Below are positions 22,929 to 36,390 of a stretch of 64,000 bases of DNA, piece by piece. The notes beneath the pieces were generated by a model. It ran no database searches and was not told the origin of the DNA. It saw nothing but the letters and a program-made list of their open reading frames with translations. Every line of letters starts with the position of its first letter. The stretch's first letter is position 1. This DNA is from Octopus sinensis (Eukaryota): positions 8,494,001 to 8,558,000 of the forward strand of contig NC_043021.1 in the NCBI RefSeq assembly GCF_006345805.1, written 5' to 3'. The position numbers and the translations under genes are program-made.

Positions 22929-25145
22929 GGATGTTTCGACAGATTCCATAGAGAATTACTATTTGTAAATCTCACAAGAGATATTCTTTCGGAGTAAAGA
23001 TTATTCCTTTGTTCGAAAATATTGGGATACATATCGTGTCGTATAGCCAGCTGGAGACAATGTCTCCTGGGGCTAAATTACAGCAACATTCGTCCTAAAC
23101 CAGGACTGCCATGTCATGTTGGCAAATAATCTTTGCTCCAAATTCAATAGAATTAGGTTTTGAAATGTGTTTGATATTTCAGGGTGTCACATCAAAGAAC
23201 TATTCTCAATTCACAATTAAAGAGAATATTTCGGGTATATATTTCATAAATATAAAATGTCTGTATTGGGGCTGAAATATTAAAAAAAAAAAAATTGACA
23301 TATTTCTGTTATGTTATCTTGAAACACACTCAGAACTATTCCTGTGATGGTTGTGATTCTTTAATCTTGGAGGAGTCTCAGGATTCTTCAGATTCAAAAA
23401 CATTGAAAGCATTGAGTAATAAAAAAACCCCAAAATTATTTAGAGTGTGTTGTTGCGTGAACATAGTTTATTCTTTAATTACAACCAGTGAATTATCTGC
23501 CATACTAATGACTTTATTATTTCTTTCATATTAAATTAATTTATATTTTTTCTTTCGTTTGAATGTAATTAATAATAAAATTTGATAAGATACAATTGAT
23601 TCTCCTCTCCTGAAATGTCTCTCCATTGTGAGTGTGATGATGGTTTTGTTTTTTATTTTTATTTTTATTTGTTTCAGTCATTGGACTGTGGCCATGCTGG
23701 GGCAGTGTCTTGAGGATTTTTAGTTCAATGCATTGTCCCCAGGACCTTTTTTTAATTTTTAAGCTTGGTACTTATTGAATCAATCTCTTTTGAGAAACTG
23801 GTAAGTTACGGGGAACATAAACAAACTAACATCAGTTGGGGGACAAATACAGACACACACGCCTGTGCACGTGCTCACACACACACACACACACGATGGG
23901 TTTCTTTCAGTTTCTTATTTGTTTACTGTCCACAAGGGGCTACACACAGAGGGGACAAACAAGGACAGACAAACGGATTAAGTCGATTATATCGACTCCA
24001 GTGCATAACTGGTACTTATTTAATCGACCCTGAAAGGATGAAAGGCAAAGTCGACCTTGGCGGAATTTGAACTCAGAACGTAACAGCAGACAAAGTACCT
24101 ATTTCTTTACTACCCACGAGGGGCTACACACAGAGGAGACAAACAAGGACAGACAGATGGATTAAGTCGATTATATCGACCCCAGTGCATAACTGGTACT
24201 TATTTAATCGACCCCGAAAGGATGAAAGGCAAAGTCGGCCACGGCGGAATTTGAACTCAGAACGTAGCGGCAAACAAAATACCACCAAGCATTTTGCCCG
24301 ACGTGCTAATGGTTCTGCCAGCTCGCCGCTAAAGGAAATATTTTGATGTGTCATAGTAATATCTGGAAGAGATGCTCAAACCTTCCAATAGCAACATCAT
24401 ATTTTTTAATTAAAATACTATACAGATGCAGGAGTGGTTGTGTGGTAAGTAGCTTCCTTACCAACCACATGGTTTCGGGTTCATTCCCACTGTGTGGCAC
24501 CCTGGGCAAGTGTCTTCTACTCTAGCCTCAGGCCGACCCAAAGCCTTGTGAGTGGATTTGGTAGACGGAAACTGAAAGAAGCCCGTCGTATATATGTATG
24601 TGTGTATATGTTTGTGTGTCTGTGTTTGTCCCCCCACCATTGCTTGACAACCGATGCTGCTGTGTTTACGTCCCCGTAATTTAGCGGTTCAGCAAAAGAG
24701 ACTGATAGAATAAGTACTAGGCTTACAGAGAATAAGTCCTGGGGGTCGATTTACTCGACTAGAAGGCGGTGCTCCAGCATGGCCGCAGTCGAATGACTGA
24801 AACATGTAAAAGAGAGAAAGCTATATTCTGTTGACATACATATTGCTCCATGTTGATAACCCATTATTTTGTGTTCATCATCTTTATTGTTATTTGAAGT
24901 CACATTCTCTTTATAGTTACATAATTACTCTTTTACTTGTTTCAGTCATTTGACTGCGGCCATGCTGGAGCACCACCTTTAGTCGAGCAACTCGACCCCG
25001 GGACTTATTCTTTTTAAGCCCAGTACTTATTCTATCAGTCTCTTATGCCGAACTGCTAAGTGACGGGGACATAAACACACCAGCATCAGTTGTCAAGCAA
25101 TGCTAGTGGGACAAACACAGACACACAAACATACACGTACACATA

Positions 25146-25541
25146 TCTTTATATATAAAAGTGAGTTTGTGTGCTGTCTGTCTCCTACGATTTAGATTCC
25201 TAACTACTCCCACATTTTGCGGTGCAGTTTTAAACAAACCGGGTATCTTATAGTCGTGATTCATATCGAGCCCTTCTGGGTATTAGCGCACGTCTACGAT
25301 GAGTCTACAATTTAAAAAAAATTTACCATCAATTTTTCCCATTTTTAATGCATTTTTGGCATATATAAGGGAAGTAACTCTCTAAAAATTTATTATTAAA
25401 TCTCAGAACATAAAAAGCTACAGTAACACCCCCCCCTTTGTGGTTAGCCATATTGAGATAGCTATTATACTTTACATCTCTAAAAATGCTTATATAGTTA
25501 TTTCCCTTACAAACCCGAGCAACGCCGGGCGATACTGCTAG
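25146..25541 (+). mobile_element. Non-autonomous Helitron inserted in the linker of a SINE-A copy
   Basis: A|TC 5' end (TCTTTATATATAAAAG), subterminal hairpin cccgagcaacgccgggcg and CTAG|T 3' end; no TSD. Confidence 0.85.
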
Positions 25542-25979
25542 TATATATATGTATATATATATACGACGGGCTTTCAGTTTCCGTCTACCAAATCCACTCA
25601 CAAGGCTTTGGTCGGCCCAAGGCCATGTGGTTGGTATGCAAGCTACTTACCACATAGCCACCCCTGCGCCTATATTTATTGTTTACAATAAATATTTCTG
25701 TGTGAATCTATAGAAAATGAAGTAAATGTTTCTAGTTGGAACTTCCAGATTTCCTGTTCTGAAATATCCTGGTTAAGAGTCCATACGGATTCAGGATTCA
25801 GGAAGAATCCTGGATATCTTGTAACTACTACGTTATGGTACCAAACACCACGTTACAGGGAGTGGATGGAATAGGCAGGACAAGAGGGGTTCAATGGAAA
25901 ATTAATTTTGCATTATGGAATTTTGCGTTACGGGATGACTATTACGAAACATGCATTCTGCAACGCGAGGGGTAATGCA

Positions 25980-26542
25980 CACAAACACACACACACACAC
26001 ACACACACATGCAACTGTGTGTGTGTGTGTGTGTGTTGAGTATCTGGAGGTAGAATGCTTATTTACACACACACACACACACACGTACATGCAACAAACA
26101 GACAGACACACACACACGCAAACACTCACATACACACACACACGCAACAAACAGATAGACACACACACATGCAAACACGCACGCACACGCACTCACATAC
26201 ACACACACACACAACAGACAGACACACACACATGCAAACACACATGCACACACACGCGCACTCACATACACACACACACGCAACAAACAGACACACACAC
26301 CACATGCACACACACAATCACACGCACTCACATACACACACGCAACACACAGATAGACACACACACATGCAAACACACACACACACGCACTCACATACAC
26401 ACACACACACGCAACAAACAGACAGACACACACATGCAAACACACATGCACACACACATGCAAACACATACACACACACGCAACAAACAGACACACACAC
26501 ACATGCAACAAACAGACACACACACACATGCACACACGCGAA

Positions 26543-26585
<43 letters not shown>
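25980..26585. repeat. (AC)n-based compound minisatellite with recurring gcaacaaacagacagac blocks
   Basis: Direct inspection. Confidence 0.9.
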
Positions 26586-27342
26586 AGATAGATATACAAA
26601 GATTCTTGTTCACCTATCAACGAGCACATGTGTAGATATCTTCCGCTCAACCGAAAGCCTCCTTAGAATCGCAAAGATAAGGAACAGCAACCAAGAATTA
26701 GATAAATAGAAATAAGATATAATAAAACATAACAAATAAATATAAAATATAATACACAGCAAATGAAATAAAAGACTTCGTGAGAAGCTTTCGCGGTGTG
26801 AGTATTAAAGAAAGGTTTCCAAGTGAATATCAGTGGAGAAGGCCATCATTTATCTTATTTCCTTTTAATACCTATTTCTTTATTACCCACATGGGGCTAA
26901 ACACAGAGGGGACAAACAAGGACAGACATAGGTATTAAGTCGATTACATCGACTCCAGTGCGTAACTGGTACTTAATTTATCGACCCCCGAAAGGATGAA
27001 AGGCAAAGTCGGCCTCGGCGGAATTTGAACTCAAAACGTAACGGCAGACGAAATACCTATTTCTTTACTACCCACAAGGGGCTAAACACAGAGGGGACAA
27101 ACAAGGACAGACAAATGGATTAAGTCGATTACATCGACCCCAGTGCGTAACTGGTACTTAATTTATCGACCCCGAAAGGATGAAAGGCAAAGTCGACCTC
27201 GGCGGAATTTGAACTCACAACGTAACGGCAGGCAAAATAACGCTAAGCATTTCGCCATGCACGCTAACGTTTCTGCCAGCTCGCCGCCTTAATTTCTTTT
27301 TAATACCATCTTTGCGTATTCACTTGGAATGGACCTCGTCTT

Positions 27343-27388
<46 letters not shown>

Positions 27389-27389
27389 C

Positions 27390-27422
<33 letters not shown>

Positions 27423-28349
27423 TATTGTTGTTGTTGTTGTAGTAGTTCTGTTAGTCGTCTTGGTATTTCTTTACAATAATCCCTCGACTATCGCGGGTGC
27501 TACGTTCTAGAAGCCCCCCTCCCCATCCCACCCGCGATAGGTGAAAATCCTCGAAGTAGAAACAGTACTGTACTGGATATTTTTTTTTTTATTATTTTTG
27601 TAATTTAGGAGTGGCTGTGTGGTAAGTAGCTTGCTTCCCAACCACATGCTTCGGAGTTCAGTCCCACTGCGTGGCACGTTGGGCAGGTTTCTTCTACTTA
27701 CTATAGCCTCGGCCAACCAAAGCCTCGTGAGTGGATTTGGTAGACGGAAACTGAAAGAAGCCTGTCGTGTATATATATAGGCGCAGGAGTGGCTGTGTGG
27801 TAAGTAGCTTGCTAACCAACCACATGGTTCCGGGTTCAGTCCCACAGCGTGGCACCTTGGGCAAGTGTCTTCTGCTATAGCCCCGGGCCGACCAAAGCCT
27901 TGTGAGTGGATTTGGTAGACAGAAACTGAAAGAAGCCTGTCGTATATATGTATATGTATATATGTATGTGTGTGTATGTTTGTGTGTCTGTGTTTGTCCC
28001 CCTAAGCATTGCTTGACAACCGATGCTGGTGTGTTTACGTCCCTGTAACTTAGCGGTTCGGCAAAAGAGACCGATAGAATAAGTACTGGGCTTACAAAGA
28101 ACAAGTCCTGGGGTCGATTTACTCGACTAAACGCGGGGGGCTCCAGCATGGCCGCAGTCAAATGACTGAAAGAAGTAAAAAGAATGAAAGAATATTTATT
28201 TAATTATAAACGCAAAACAGCACCACTGAGGGTCCACGTAAGCTTCAGTGATAAACCGCGATAAGTGAAGCGCGATATGGCGAGGGATTAATGTATTAAT
28301 GATAGAAGAAAAAGAAAGGGGAGGAAAAGAATGGTTGCGTTGTTATTGC

Positions 28350-28381
28350 TGTTGTTGCTGCTGCTGCTCTGCTGCTGCTGT

Positions 28382-28412
<31 letters not shown>

Positions 28413-28600
28413 AGTGGTGGTGTTGGTGGTGGTGGTGGTAGTGGTGGTAGTGGTGGCTAGGGGATGGGAGAGGCTTATTTGTAGTGAATATGAAAGAAGT
28501 CGACGAGGAATTAAGGGACAGGAAACAAATGTGAAAAAGGAGTTTGAGGAAGAGGAAGAAGGGAGAAATTGAAAAGAAAGGAAATTAAAAATTGAGAGAG

Positions 28601-28647
<47 letters not shown>

Positions 28648-28825
28648 AGTGAAAGAGAGAGGGGAGGGAGAAAGAGAGAGGGGAGGGAGAGAAAGAGTGA
28701 GAGACATAATAATAATAATAATAATGACAACAACAATAATAATAATGATACTACTACTATTACTACTACTACTAATAATAATAATAATAACAATAATAAT
28801 AATAATAATAACAACAACAACAATA

Positions 28826-28857
<32 letters not shown>

Positions 28858-28870
28858 CACAACAACAATA

Positions 28871-28907
<37 letters not shown>

Positions 28908-28924
28908 CAACAACAATAATAGTA

Positions 28925-28956
<32 letters not shown>

Positions 28957-29000
28957 CACAACAACAACAACAACAACAATAATAATAATAACAACAGACA
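28350..29000. repeat. Compound (GAT/GGT)n, (GA)n and (AAT/AAC)n microsatellites
   Basis: Direct inspection. Confidence 0.95.
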
Positions 29001-29121
29001 GAAAGGCAAAAAGATAGTGAGGGATGGTGGGGAGAAATGTAAATTATGAGAAGCGGAGTGCTTGGTAAAAATAGAAAAGTAGCTAAACTCACCATCTTCA
29101 CATCGATGTTCGTGCCTATAC

Positions 29122-29149
<28 letters not shown>

Positions 29150-29153
<4 letters not shown>

Positions 29154-29370
29154 TACGTGAGATGCACTTGCACAACAAGTGACTTGAGCTGAGATCGTGT
29201 GCTGAAACAAAAACAACAACAATTGCAGTGTGGAAGATGTTTATAAGCCATATAAAGAACACACAAACAACCGTTAGATTCACTTCAACATTCGAATTTA
29301 ATTTGTGTCAAAATATTTTCGTCGCTTTGAAACCACGACCTGTTCACTGACAAAACTTCGTGCTGCATAT
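29150..29370 (-). mobile_element. Penelope-like terminal repeat fragment carrying a hammerhead-like motif
   Basis: Microsatellite-flanked non-coding repeat containing the motif at 29306-29352. The Penelope assignment is inferred from the ribozyme-like motif. Confidence 0.5.
29306..29352 (-). ncRNA. Minimal type I hammerhead-like motif with G3:C8 swap
   Basis: Minus strand tgtca-GTGAACA-G-gtcgt ggtttcaaa gcgac-GAA-AATATT-T-tgaca: 5-bp stem I, 5-bp stem II, palindromic stem III. Confidence 0.6.
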
Positions 29371-29383
29371 ATATATATATATA

Positions 29384-29765
29384 TCTTTATATATAAAAGT
29401 AAGGTTGTGTGTCTGTCTCCTACGATTTAGATTCCTAACTACTCCCACATTTTGCGGTGCATTTTATCTTATAGTCGTGATTCATATCAAGCCCTTCTGG
29501 GTATTAGCGCGCGTCTACGATGAGTCTACGATTTAAAAAAAAAATTACCATCATTTTTTCCATTTTAACGCATTTTTTTCGCTATTAAATAAGGGAAGTA
29601 ACTCTCTAAAAATGTCTACGATGCGTCAACGATTTAAAAAAAACTTACCATCATTTTTTTCCCATTTTTAATGCATTTTTTTGCTATTTTTTGCTATAAC
29701 TCTCTAAAAATGCTTATATAGTTATTTCCCTTACAAACCCAAGCAACGCCGGGCGATACTGCTAG
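29384..29765 (+). mobile_element. Non-autonomous Helitron, second copy of the same family
   Basis: Same TC...CTAG termini and body as 25146-25541; inserted in (AT)n. Confidence 0.85.
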
Positions 29766-29798
<33 letters not shown>

Positions 29799-29824
29799 GT
29801 ATAAAAATTATATATAAAAAATTC

Positions 29825-30135
29825 AAAATGGGACAAGAACGCAAAAAACACAAAGAGACGACACAAAGAACGGACGGGTCATTCGAAGTCTCTAATCTTC
29901 AGTCAGGAACCGGATCGTCCTAGCAAATTTCGGCTGATTAATCCTGATATCACTCAAATCCGGCCAGCCCCAAGGAAAAACTAAGCTACGAGCATTAGAT
30001 TTCTTGGAAAAAGGATCGAATGTATACGAAACAAGGACAGAAAAAACGGACGATGCCACACGAATATAAATACAAAAAAAACAAAAATAAAATTAAAAAC
30101 AAGAATGGTAATAACGGGACAAAAACAGCGGGTGT
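29825..30135 (+). repeat. Interspersed repeat (possibly Penelope-related); second copy inverted at ~54600-54895
   Basis: Shared aaaatgggacaagaacgcaaaa...cattcgaa...tcttcagtca...aatttcggctgatta...ccggccagccccaaggaaa...tagattcttggaa. Confidence 0.7.
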
Positions 30136-30341
30136 CTTACGACTTTAGACAATTGAACTTTTAGCGTAGAGGCGCTGGCATTTCAGGGCCCTTAATAATA
30201 ATTACATCTTATAATTATATGCTTAAAGATATATTTATTTACACACAGACAGACACACGTTTATGAATTTGTGTTTTAAGATTACTGATGTGAAACCGTG
30301 TGTTGAAACAGATGTCGTTGTATTTCAGAACGGTCACTCGT

Positions 30342-30915
30342 TCTTCTTCTTCTTTTTCTTCTTCTTCTTCTTCTTCTTCTCTTCTTCTTCTTCTTCTTCT
30401 TCTTCTTCTTCTTCTTCTTCTTCTCTCCTCCTCCTCCTCCTCCTCCTTCTCCTCCTCTTCTCCTCCTCCTTCTCCTCCTCCTCCTCCTCCTCCTCCTCTT
30501 CCTTCTCCTCCTCCTCCTCCTCCTTCTTCTTCTTCTCTCCTCCTCCTCCTCCTTCTTCTTCTTCTTCTTCTTCTTCTTCCTTCTTCTTCTTCTTCTCCTC
30601 CTCCTTCTTTTCTTCTTCTTCTTCTTCTTCTCCTCCTCTTCTTCTTCTTCTCTCCTCCTCCTCCTTCTCCTCCTCCTCTTCCTCCTCCTCCTCCTCTCCT
30701 CCTTCTTCTTCTTTCCTCCTCCTCCTCCTCCTTCTTCTCTTCTTCTTCTTCTTCTTCCTTCTTCTTCTTCTTCTTCTTCTCCTCCTCCTTCTTCTTCTTC
30801 TTCTCCTCCTCTTCCTTCTTCTCCTCCTCCTCTTCTCCTCCTCCTCCTTCTCCTCCTCCTCTTCCTTCTCCTCCTCCTCCTCCTCCTTCTTCTTCTTCTT
30901 CTTCTTCTTCTTCTT
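30342..30915. repeat. (CTT/CCT)n polypyrimidine microsatellite, ~570 bp
   Basis: Direct inspection; essentially no purines on the plus strand. Confidence 0.97.
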
Positions 30916-31498
30916 GCCATATAAACACACGCATTATACATTCGTTCTTCACACACAAAACACACACACATACATTGCATATTTACGACGGGCTTCTTTT
31001 AGTTTCCGCCTACCAAATCCACTCACAAGACTTTGGTCGGCTAGAGGCCATAGTAGAAGACACTTGACCAATGTACCACACAAGTGGAACGCTTATTAAA
31101 TATGAGGGGGGGGGCTATTTTTGTGTCTGTGTTTGTCCATACACTCGCTTGACAACCGGTGTTGGTTTCGATAACTCAGTGGTTCGGAAGAAAACCCCAT
31201 GATAGAATAAGTACCAGGCTTTTAAAAAAAATAAATACTGAGGACCTAATTATTCGTCCACAACGTTGAAAGTGGTGCCCCAGCATGGCCGCAGTCCAAT
31301 GATTGAAACAAAAGATAAAAGATAAATAGACCAATACAATTAATAATGATAATAATAATGATAATAATAATAATAGTAGTAATAATAATAATAATAACAA
31401 CAACAACAACACCAACACGAACTTCCAATTTGTCTCTTGAGGTCTCTGGATGAGACTTGGAGCCAGCTTGTGCAAATGTAAAGCAAAAGTCAAACATA

Positions 31499-31569
<71 letters not shown>

Positions 31570-31570
<1 letters not shown>

Positions 31571-32925
31571 AACGCATAGAAGGTGGTAGAGGCCTTATAC
31601 AGCTGGAAAACTATTATAAAATAACCACCATAGGACTGCAAAAATACCTATTTCAGAAGCAAGGAAAACTGATACAAATAGCCACAAAACTCGAGCAAAA
31701 CAAAACATTGTTCTCAGTATTTAAAGAAGCTGACAAATACAAACAAGAAATCATACCACCTGACAAATATGAAGAAGAAGAAGAAAACACAACAAAAGCT
31801 ATAAAACAAATGAAATCCAAACTAAAACTAGAACAGCAACGGACCATGATAAAACGATGGCAAGAAAAGCCCCTTCATGGCAAATACTGAACTAAAGTAA
31901 ATGCAAAAGAAATAGACAAAGAAAAACCCCAGCAATGGTTGAGAAGCTCAGGACTCAAAGCAGAGACAGAGGGATTTTTAATTGCAGCACAAGACCAAAG
32001 CCTCCCCACCAGAAATTACCAAAAAACATGTAATGAAAAGAAATATAACAAGTAACTGCAGAATATATGGAGATGGACAAGAAACAATAAATCATATTAT
32101 CTCTGGCTGCCCAGTCCTGGCTAAGAAGGAATATATTCAGACACGACAGAGTTGGGAGCTACATACACTTGAAGCTATGCCAGAAAACGAGAAAGCAACC
32201 ATACTCTGGGATATGCCGATACACATAAGACACAACACACACAAATGAAAGAGAAAAGTAACTGCAGAATATGTGGAGATGGACAAGAAACAATAAATCA
32301 TATTATCTCTAGCTGCCCAGTCCTGGCTAAGAAGGAATATATTCACAGACATGACAGAGTTGGAACCTACATACATTGGAAGCTATGCCAACATTATGGA
32401 ATAACAACAGAAAAAAGATGGTATAGGCACACACCAGAAAAGTCACAGAAAACGGAAAGCAACCATACTCTGGGATATGCCGATACACACAGATAGAGAA
32501 ATTAAGGCCAACAGACCAGATATAGTTGTCAAAGACCATGAAGAAAAAAAATGCTTTCTAATTGATGTATCAATACCGGCTGATGACAACGTTTCTCTAA
32601 AAGAAATGGAGAAACTCTCAAAATACAAAGACCTGGAAATAGAGGTAACTAGAATGTGGAATCTGAAAACAGAAACAATTCCTATCATAGTAGGTGCATT
32701 AGGCATGATAAAAAATATTCAGACAAATACATAACAAAAACACCAGGACTTACAAACACATATAACATACAGAAAATTGCACTACTAGGCACTGCACACA
32801 TCCTACGCAGAACACTTTCCATACAATAACCATCTGAGCATCACAACAAATCACAGCAATACCCAAGGCACACAGAGCTGCGCTCGGTAGTGAAGTGAAA
32901 GCACGCTATAAAAATAAAACTACTA
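31570..32925 (+). mobile_element. 5'-truncated Dong/R4-clade (RLE endonuclease) non-LTR retrotransposon in a (TAA)n tract
   Basis: EGGRGL...PLHGKY...LKAETEGFLIAAQDQSL, CCHC knuckle CRICGDGQETINHIISSC, RHDRV, and RLE motifs ILWDMPIHTDREIKANRPDIV...IDVSIP...EKLSKYKDL...IPIIVGALG; (AAT)n on both flanks. Confidence 0.9.
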
Positions 32926-32947
32926 AATAATAATAATTATAATGCTA

Positions 32948-33004
<57 letters not shown>

Positions 33005-33223
33005 CATAATATTAAATAATAATAATATAATAATTATAATAATAATAATAATAATTATAATAATAATGACAACAACAATAATAATAGTAATAATAATAAC
33101 AATAATAATAATAACCACAGCAACAAAAATAATAATAGTAATGACAACAACAATAATAATAGTAATAGTAATAATAATAATAATAATAACCACAACAACA
33201 GCAACAACAACAACATCAACAAC

Positions 33224-33281
<58 letters not shown>

Positions 33282-33837
33282 GTTTGCCGACCCTATTTCT
33301 TTGTGTTACATTGACTCTTTGCTTTCCGCCTGTTCCGCATTATCTTCTTAGTATCTTAATCTTCACACTTCCCTTCGGTTTGGCGCGCATTCATAATCAC
33401 CACCGACGTCATAATCTTCCTCTTCCTTGTCTCCTCTTCTTCTTCTTCCTCATCATTATCATATTGATTATCATGATGATGATGATGATCATCATCATCA
33501 TCATCGTCATCGTCATGGGTATCATCCTTATATTTTCCCAGTCAAATTTTGAAATAATTTTCGTTCAAGCACATTCTTTGCAATATATATCCATACATAT
33601 ATTTGACTTGTTTCAGTCTTTAGGCGACGACCATGCTGGGGCACCTCTTTGAAGAATTCTTTTATATGTTTAAGGCCTGGTACCGGCGTGGCTGTGTGGT
33701 AAGAAGTTTGCTTCCCAGTCACATGGTTTCGGGTTCAGTCCCTCTACGTGCCATCTTGGGCAAGTGTCTTCCACTGTAGCCTCGGGCCAAACCAAAGCCT
33801 TGTGAGTGGATTTGGTAGACGGAATGTGTGTGTGTGT

Positions 33838-33888
<51 letters not shown>

Positions 33889-34294
33889 TGCCATCGCTTG
33901 GCGTGTGTGTGTGTGTGTCTATTTGTTTGTTTGTTTGTGTGTGTAAAAATGCATGCGTGTAGCACCCGACCTGGGTCCTTCAGCTGGTAATCCGAACCTT
34001 ACTTTCCGTTTGAAATATATTCACCGTGTGAATATTCATTGAAATATAAAATGAAAGTTCGAAGAAGAAAAAAAAACTAATCCATATGTTCTTTTGTTTA
34101 AGAAAAAATGTGAGTGACACGTGCAAAAAACGGCTGCTTTAAGCTCACGTTTTTGATATCCTGGTTCTCATGAGAATATTCTAAACATCTTAAACTTCAT
34201 ACGTGAGAAAATATTTTAATAACGTTCTTGTAAAATTGCTTGATTATTTAAGCAATGATTTGAAGCAATACTTTCATTAATGCTTTCAAGTCGT

Positions 34295-34705
34295 ACGTAC
34301 GTATGTATGTATGTATGTACGTATGTATGTATGTATGTATGTACGTATGTATGTATGTATGTATGTACGTATGTATGTATGTATGTATGTATGTATGTAT
34401 GTATGTATGTATGTATGTATGTATGCATGCATTTAGGTATGTATGCATTCATGTATGTATGTATATATGTATGTATGCATGTATGTATGTGTGCGTATAT
34501 GTATGCATGTGTGTATGTATGTGTGTATGTATGCGTGCATATATGCATTCATGCATACATGGATGTATGCATGCATGTATATATGTATGCATGTGTGCGT
34601 GTATGTATTTATGCATTTATATGTATGTGGGATACACACATATACATATATACGTATGCACACACTCATACGCACACACAGCTAGTCAGTGTGAGCGTTT
34701 GTGCA

Positions 34706-34779
<74 letters not shown>

Positions 34780-34780
34780 G
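34295..34780. repeat. (TATG)n and (AT)n microsatellites
   Basis: Direct inspection. Confidence 0.95.
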
Positions 34781-35364
34781 CACATTGGCACATTGAAATA
34801 TACAGTCAGTGTGCATTTACGCGCATGTGTCTGTGTTTACATGGGAAGCGGGCACGTGCACGCGCGTTCATCTTCGAGGAACTGTGGCAATTCACACAGT
34901 TTCGAAATAAATCAGGATTTCGATAATATGATTACTCTTTTACTCTTTTACTTGTTTCAGTCATTTTGACTGCGGCCATGCTGGAGCACCGCCTTTACTC
35001 GAGCAACTCGACCGCGGGACTTATTCTTTGTAAGCCCAGTACTTATTCTATCGGTCTCTTTTGCCGAACCGCTAAGTTACGGGGACGTAAACACACCAGC
35101 ATCGGTTGTCAAGCAATGCTAGGGGGACAAACACAGTAGACACACAAATACACACATACATATACATACATATATACGACAGGCTTCTTTCAGTTTCCGT
35201 CTACCAAATCCATTCACAAGGCATTTGTCGGCCCGGGATTATAGCAGAAGACACTTGCCCAAGATGTCACGCAGTGGGACTGAACCCGGAACCATGTGGT
35301 TGGTTAGCAAGCTACTTACCACACAGCCACTCCTGCGCATATAGATTGTTTATTTTTAAAATGA

Positions 35365-36390
35365 CATTGTAGGGTAAGTAGCAGAAGCCGGATCCGGTCA
35401 GTTTGAACATGGAACAGGGGGAACATTTGGACCAGATATTGCCGGTTTGAATGCTAAAAACAATTAACATTGTAGGGTAGGTGTGAGAAGTTGGATCTGG
35501 TCAGTTCGGGCATAAAGCAGGTAGAATATTTGGGTCGGATATAGCCGGTTTAAATGCCAAAAACAACTGACGTTGTAGGGTAGGTGTGAGAAGTTGGATC
35601 TGGTCAGTTCGGGCATAAAGCAGGTAGAATATTTGGAGCGGATATGGCCGGTTCAAATGCTAAAAACAATTAACATTGTAGGGTAGGTGTGAGAAGTTGG
35701 ATCTGGTAGGTTCGGGCATAAAGCAGGTAGAATATTTGGGTGGGATATGGCCGGTTTAAATGCTATAAACAATTAACATTGTAGGGTAGGTGCGAGAAGT
35801 TGGATCTGGCAGGTTCGGGCATAAAGCAGGTAGAATATTTGGGTGGGATATGGCCGGTTTAAATGCTATAAACAATTAACATTGTAGGGTAGGTGTGAGA
35901 AGTTGGATCTGGTCAGTTCGAGCATAAAGCAGGTGGAATATTTGGGTCAGATATGACCGGTTTAAATGCTAAAAACAATTAACATTGTAGGGTAGGTGTG
36001 AGAAGTTGGATCAGGTCGGTTCGGGCATAAAGCAGGTAGAATATTTGGGTCGGATATGGCCGGTTTAAATGCTAAAAACAATTAACATTGTAGGGTAGGT
36101 GTGAGAAGTTGGATCTGGTAAGTTCGAGCATAAAGCAGGTGGAATATTTGGGTTGGATATAGCCGGTTTAAATGCTAAAAACAATTAACATTGTAGGGTA
36201 GGTGTGAGACGTTGGAACTGGTCAGTTCGGGCATAAAGCAGGTACAATATTTGGGTCGGATATAGCCGGTTTAAATGCTAAAAATAATTAACACTGTAGG
36301 GTAGGTGTGAGAAGTTGGATCTGGTCTGTTCGGGCATAAAGCAGGTAGAATATCTGGACCGGATATAACCGGTTTGAATGGGAAAGGGTT
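35365..36390. repeat. 103-bp tandem array x10 derived from a piggyBac-like MITE terminus
   Basis: Unit starts (cattgtaggg) at 35365, 35468, 35571, 35674, 35777, 35880, 35983, 36086, 36189 and 36292; the last unit ends ...aaagggtt, resembling a CCCTT terminus. Confidence 0.9.

Noticed and set aside
29880-29915. Hammerhead in the 29825/54600 repeat family (CTGAAGA...CGAAT)
   Set aside because: It has GAAU instead of GAAA, and I could not build a consistent stem III/UH/stem I in either copy.
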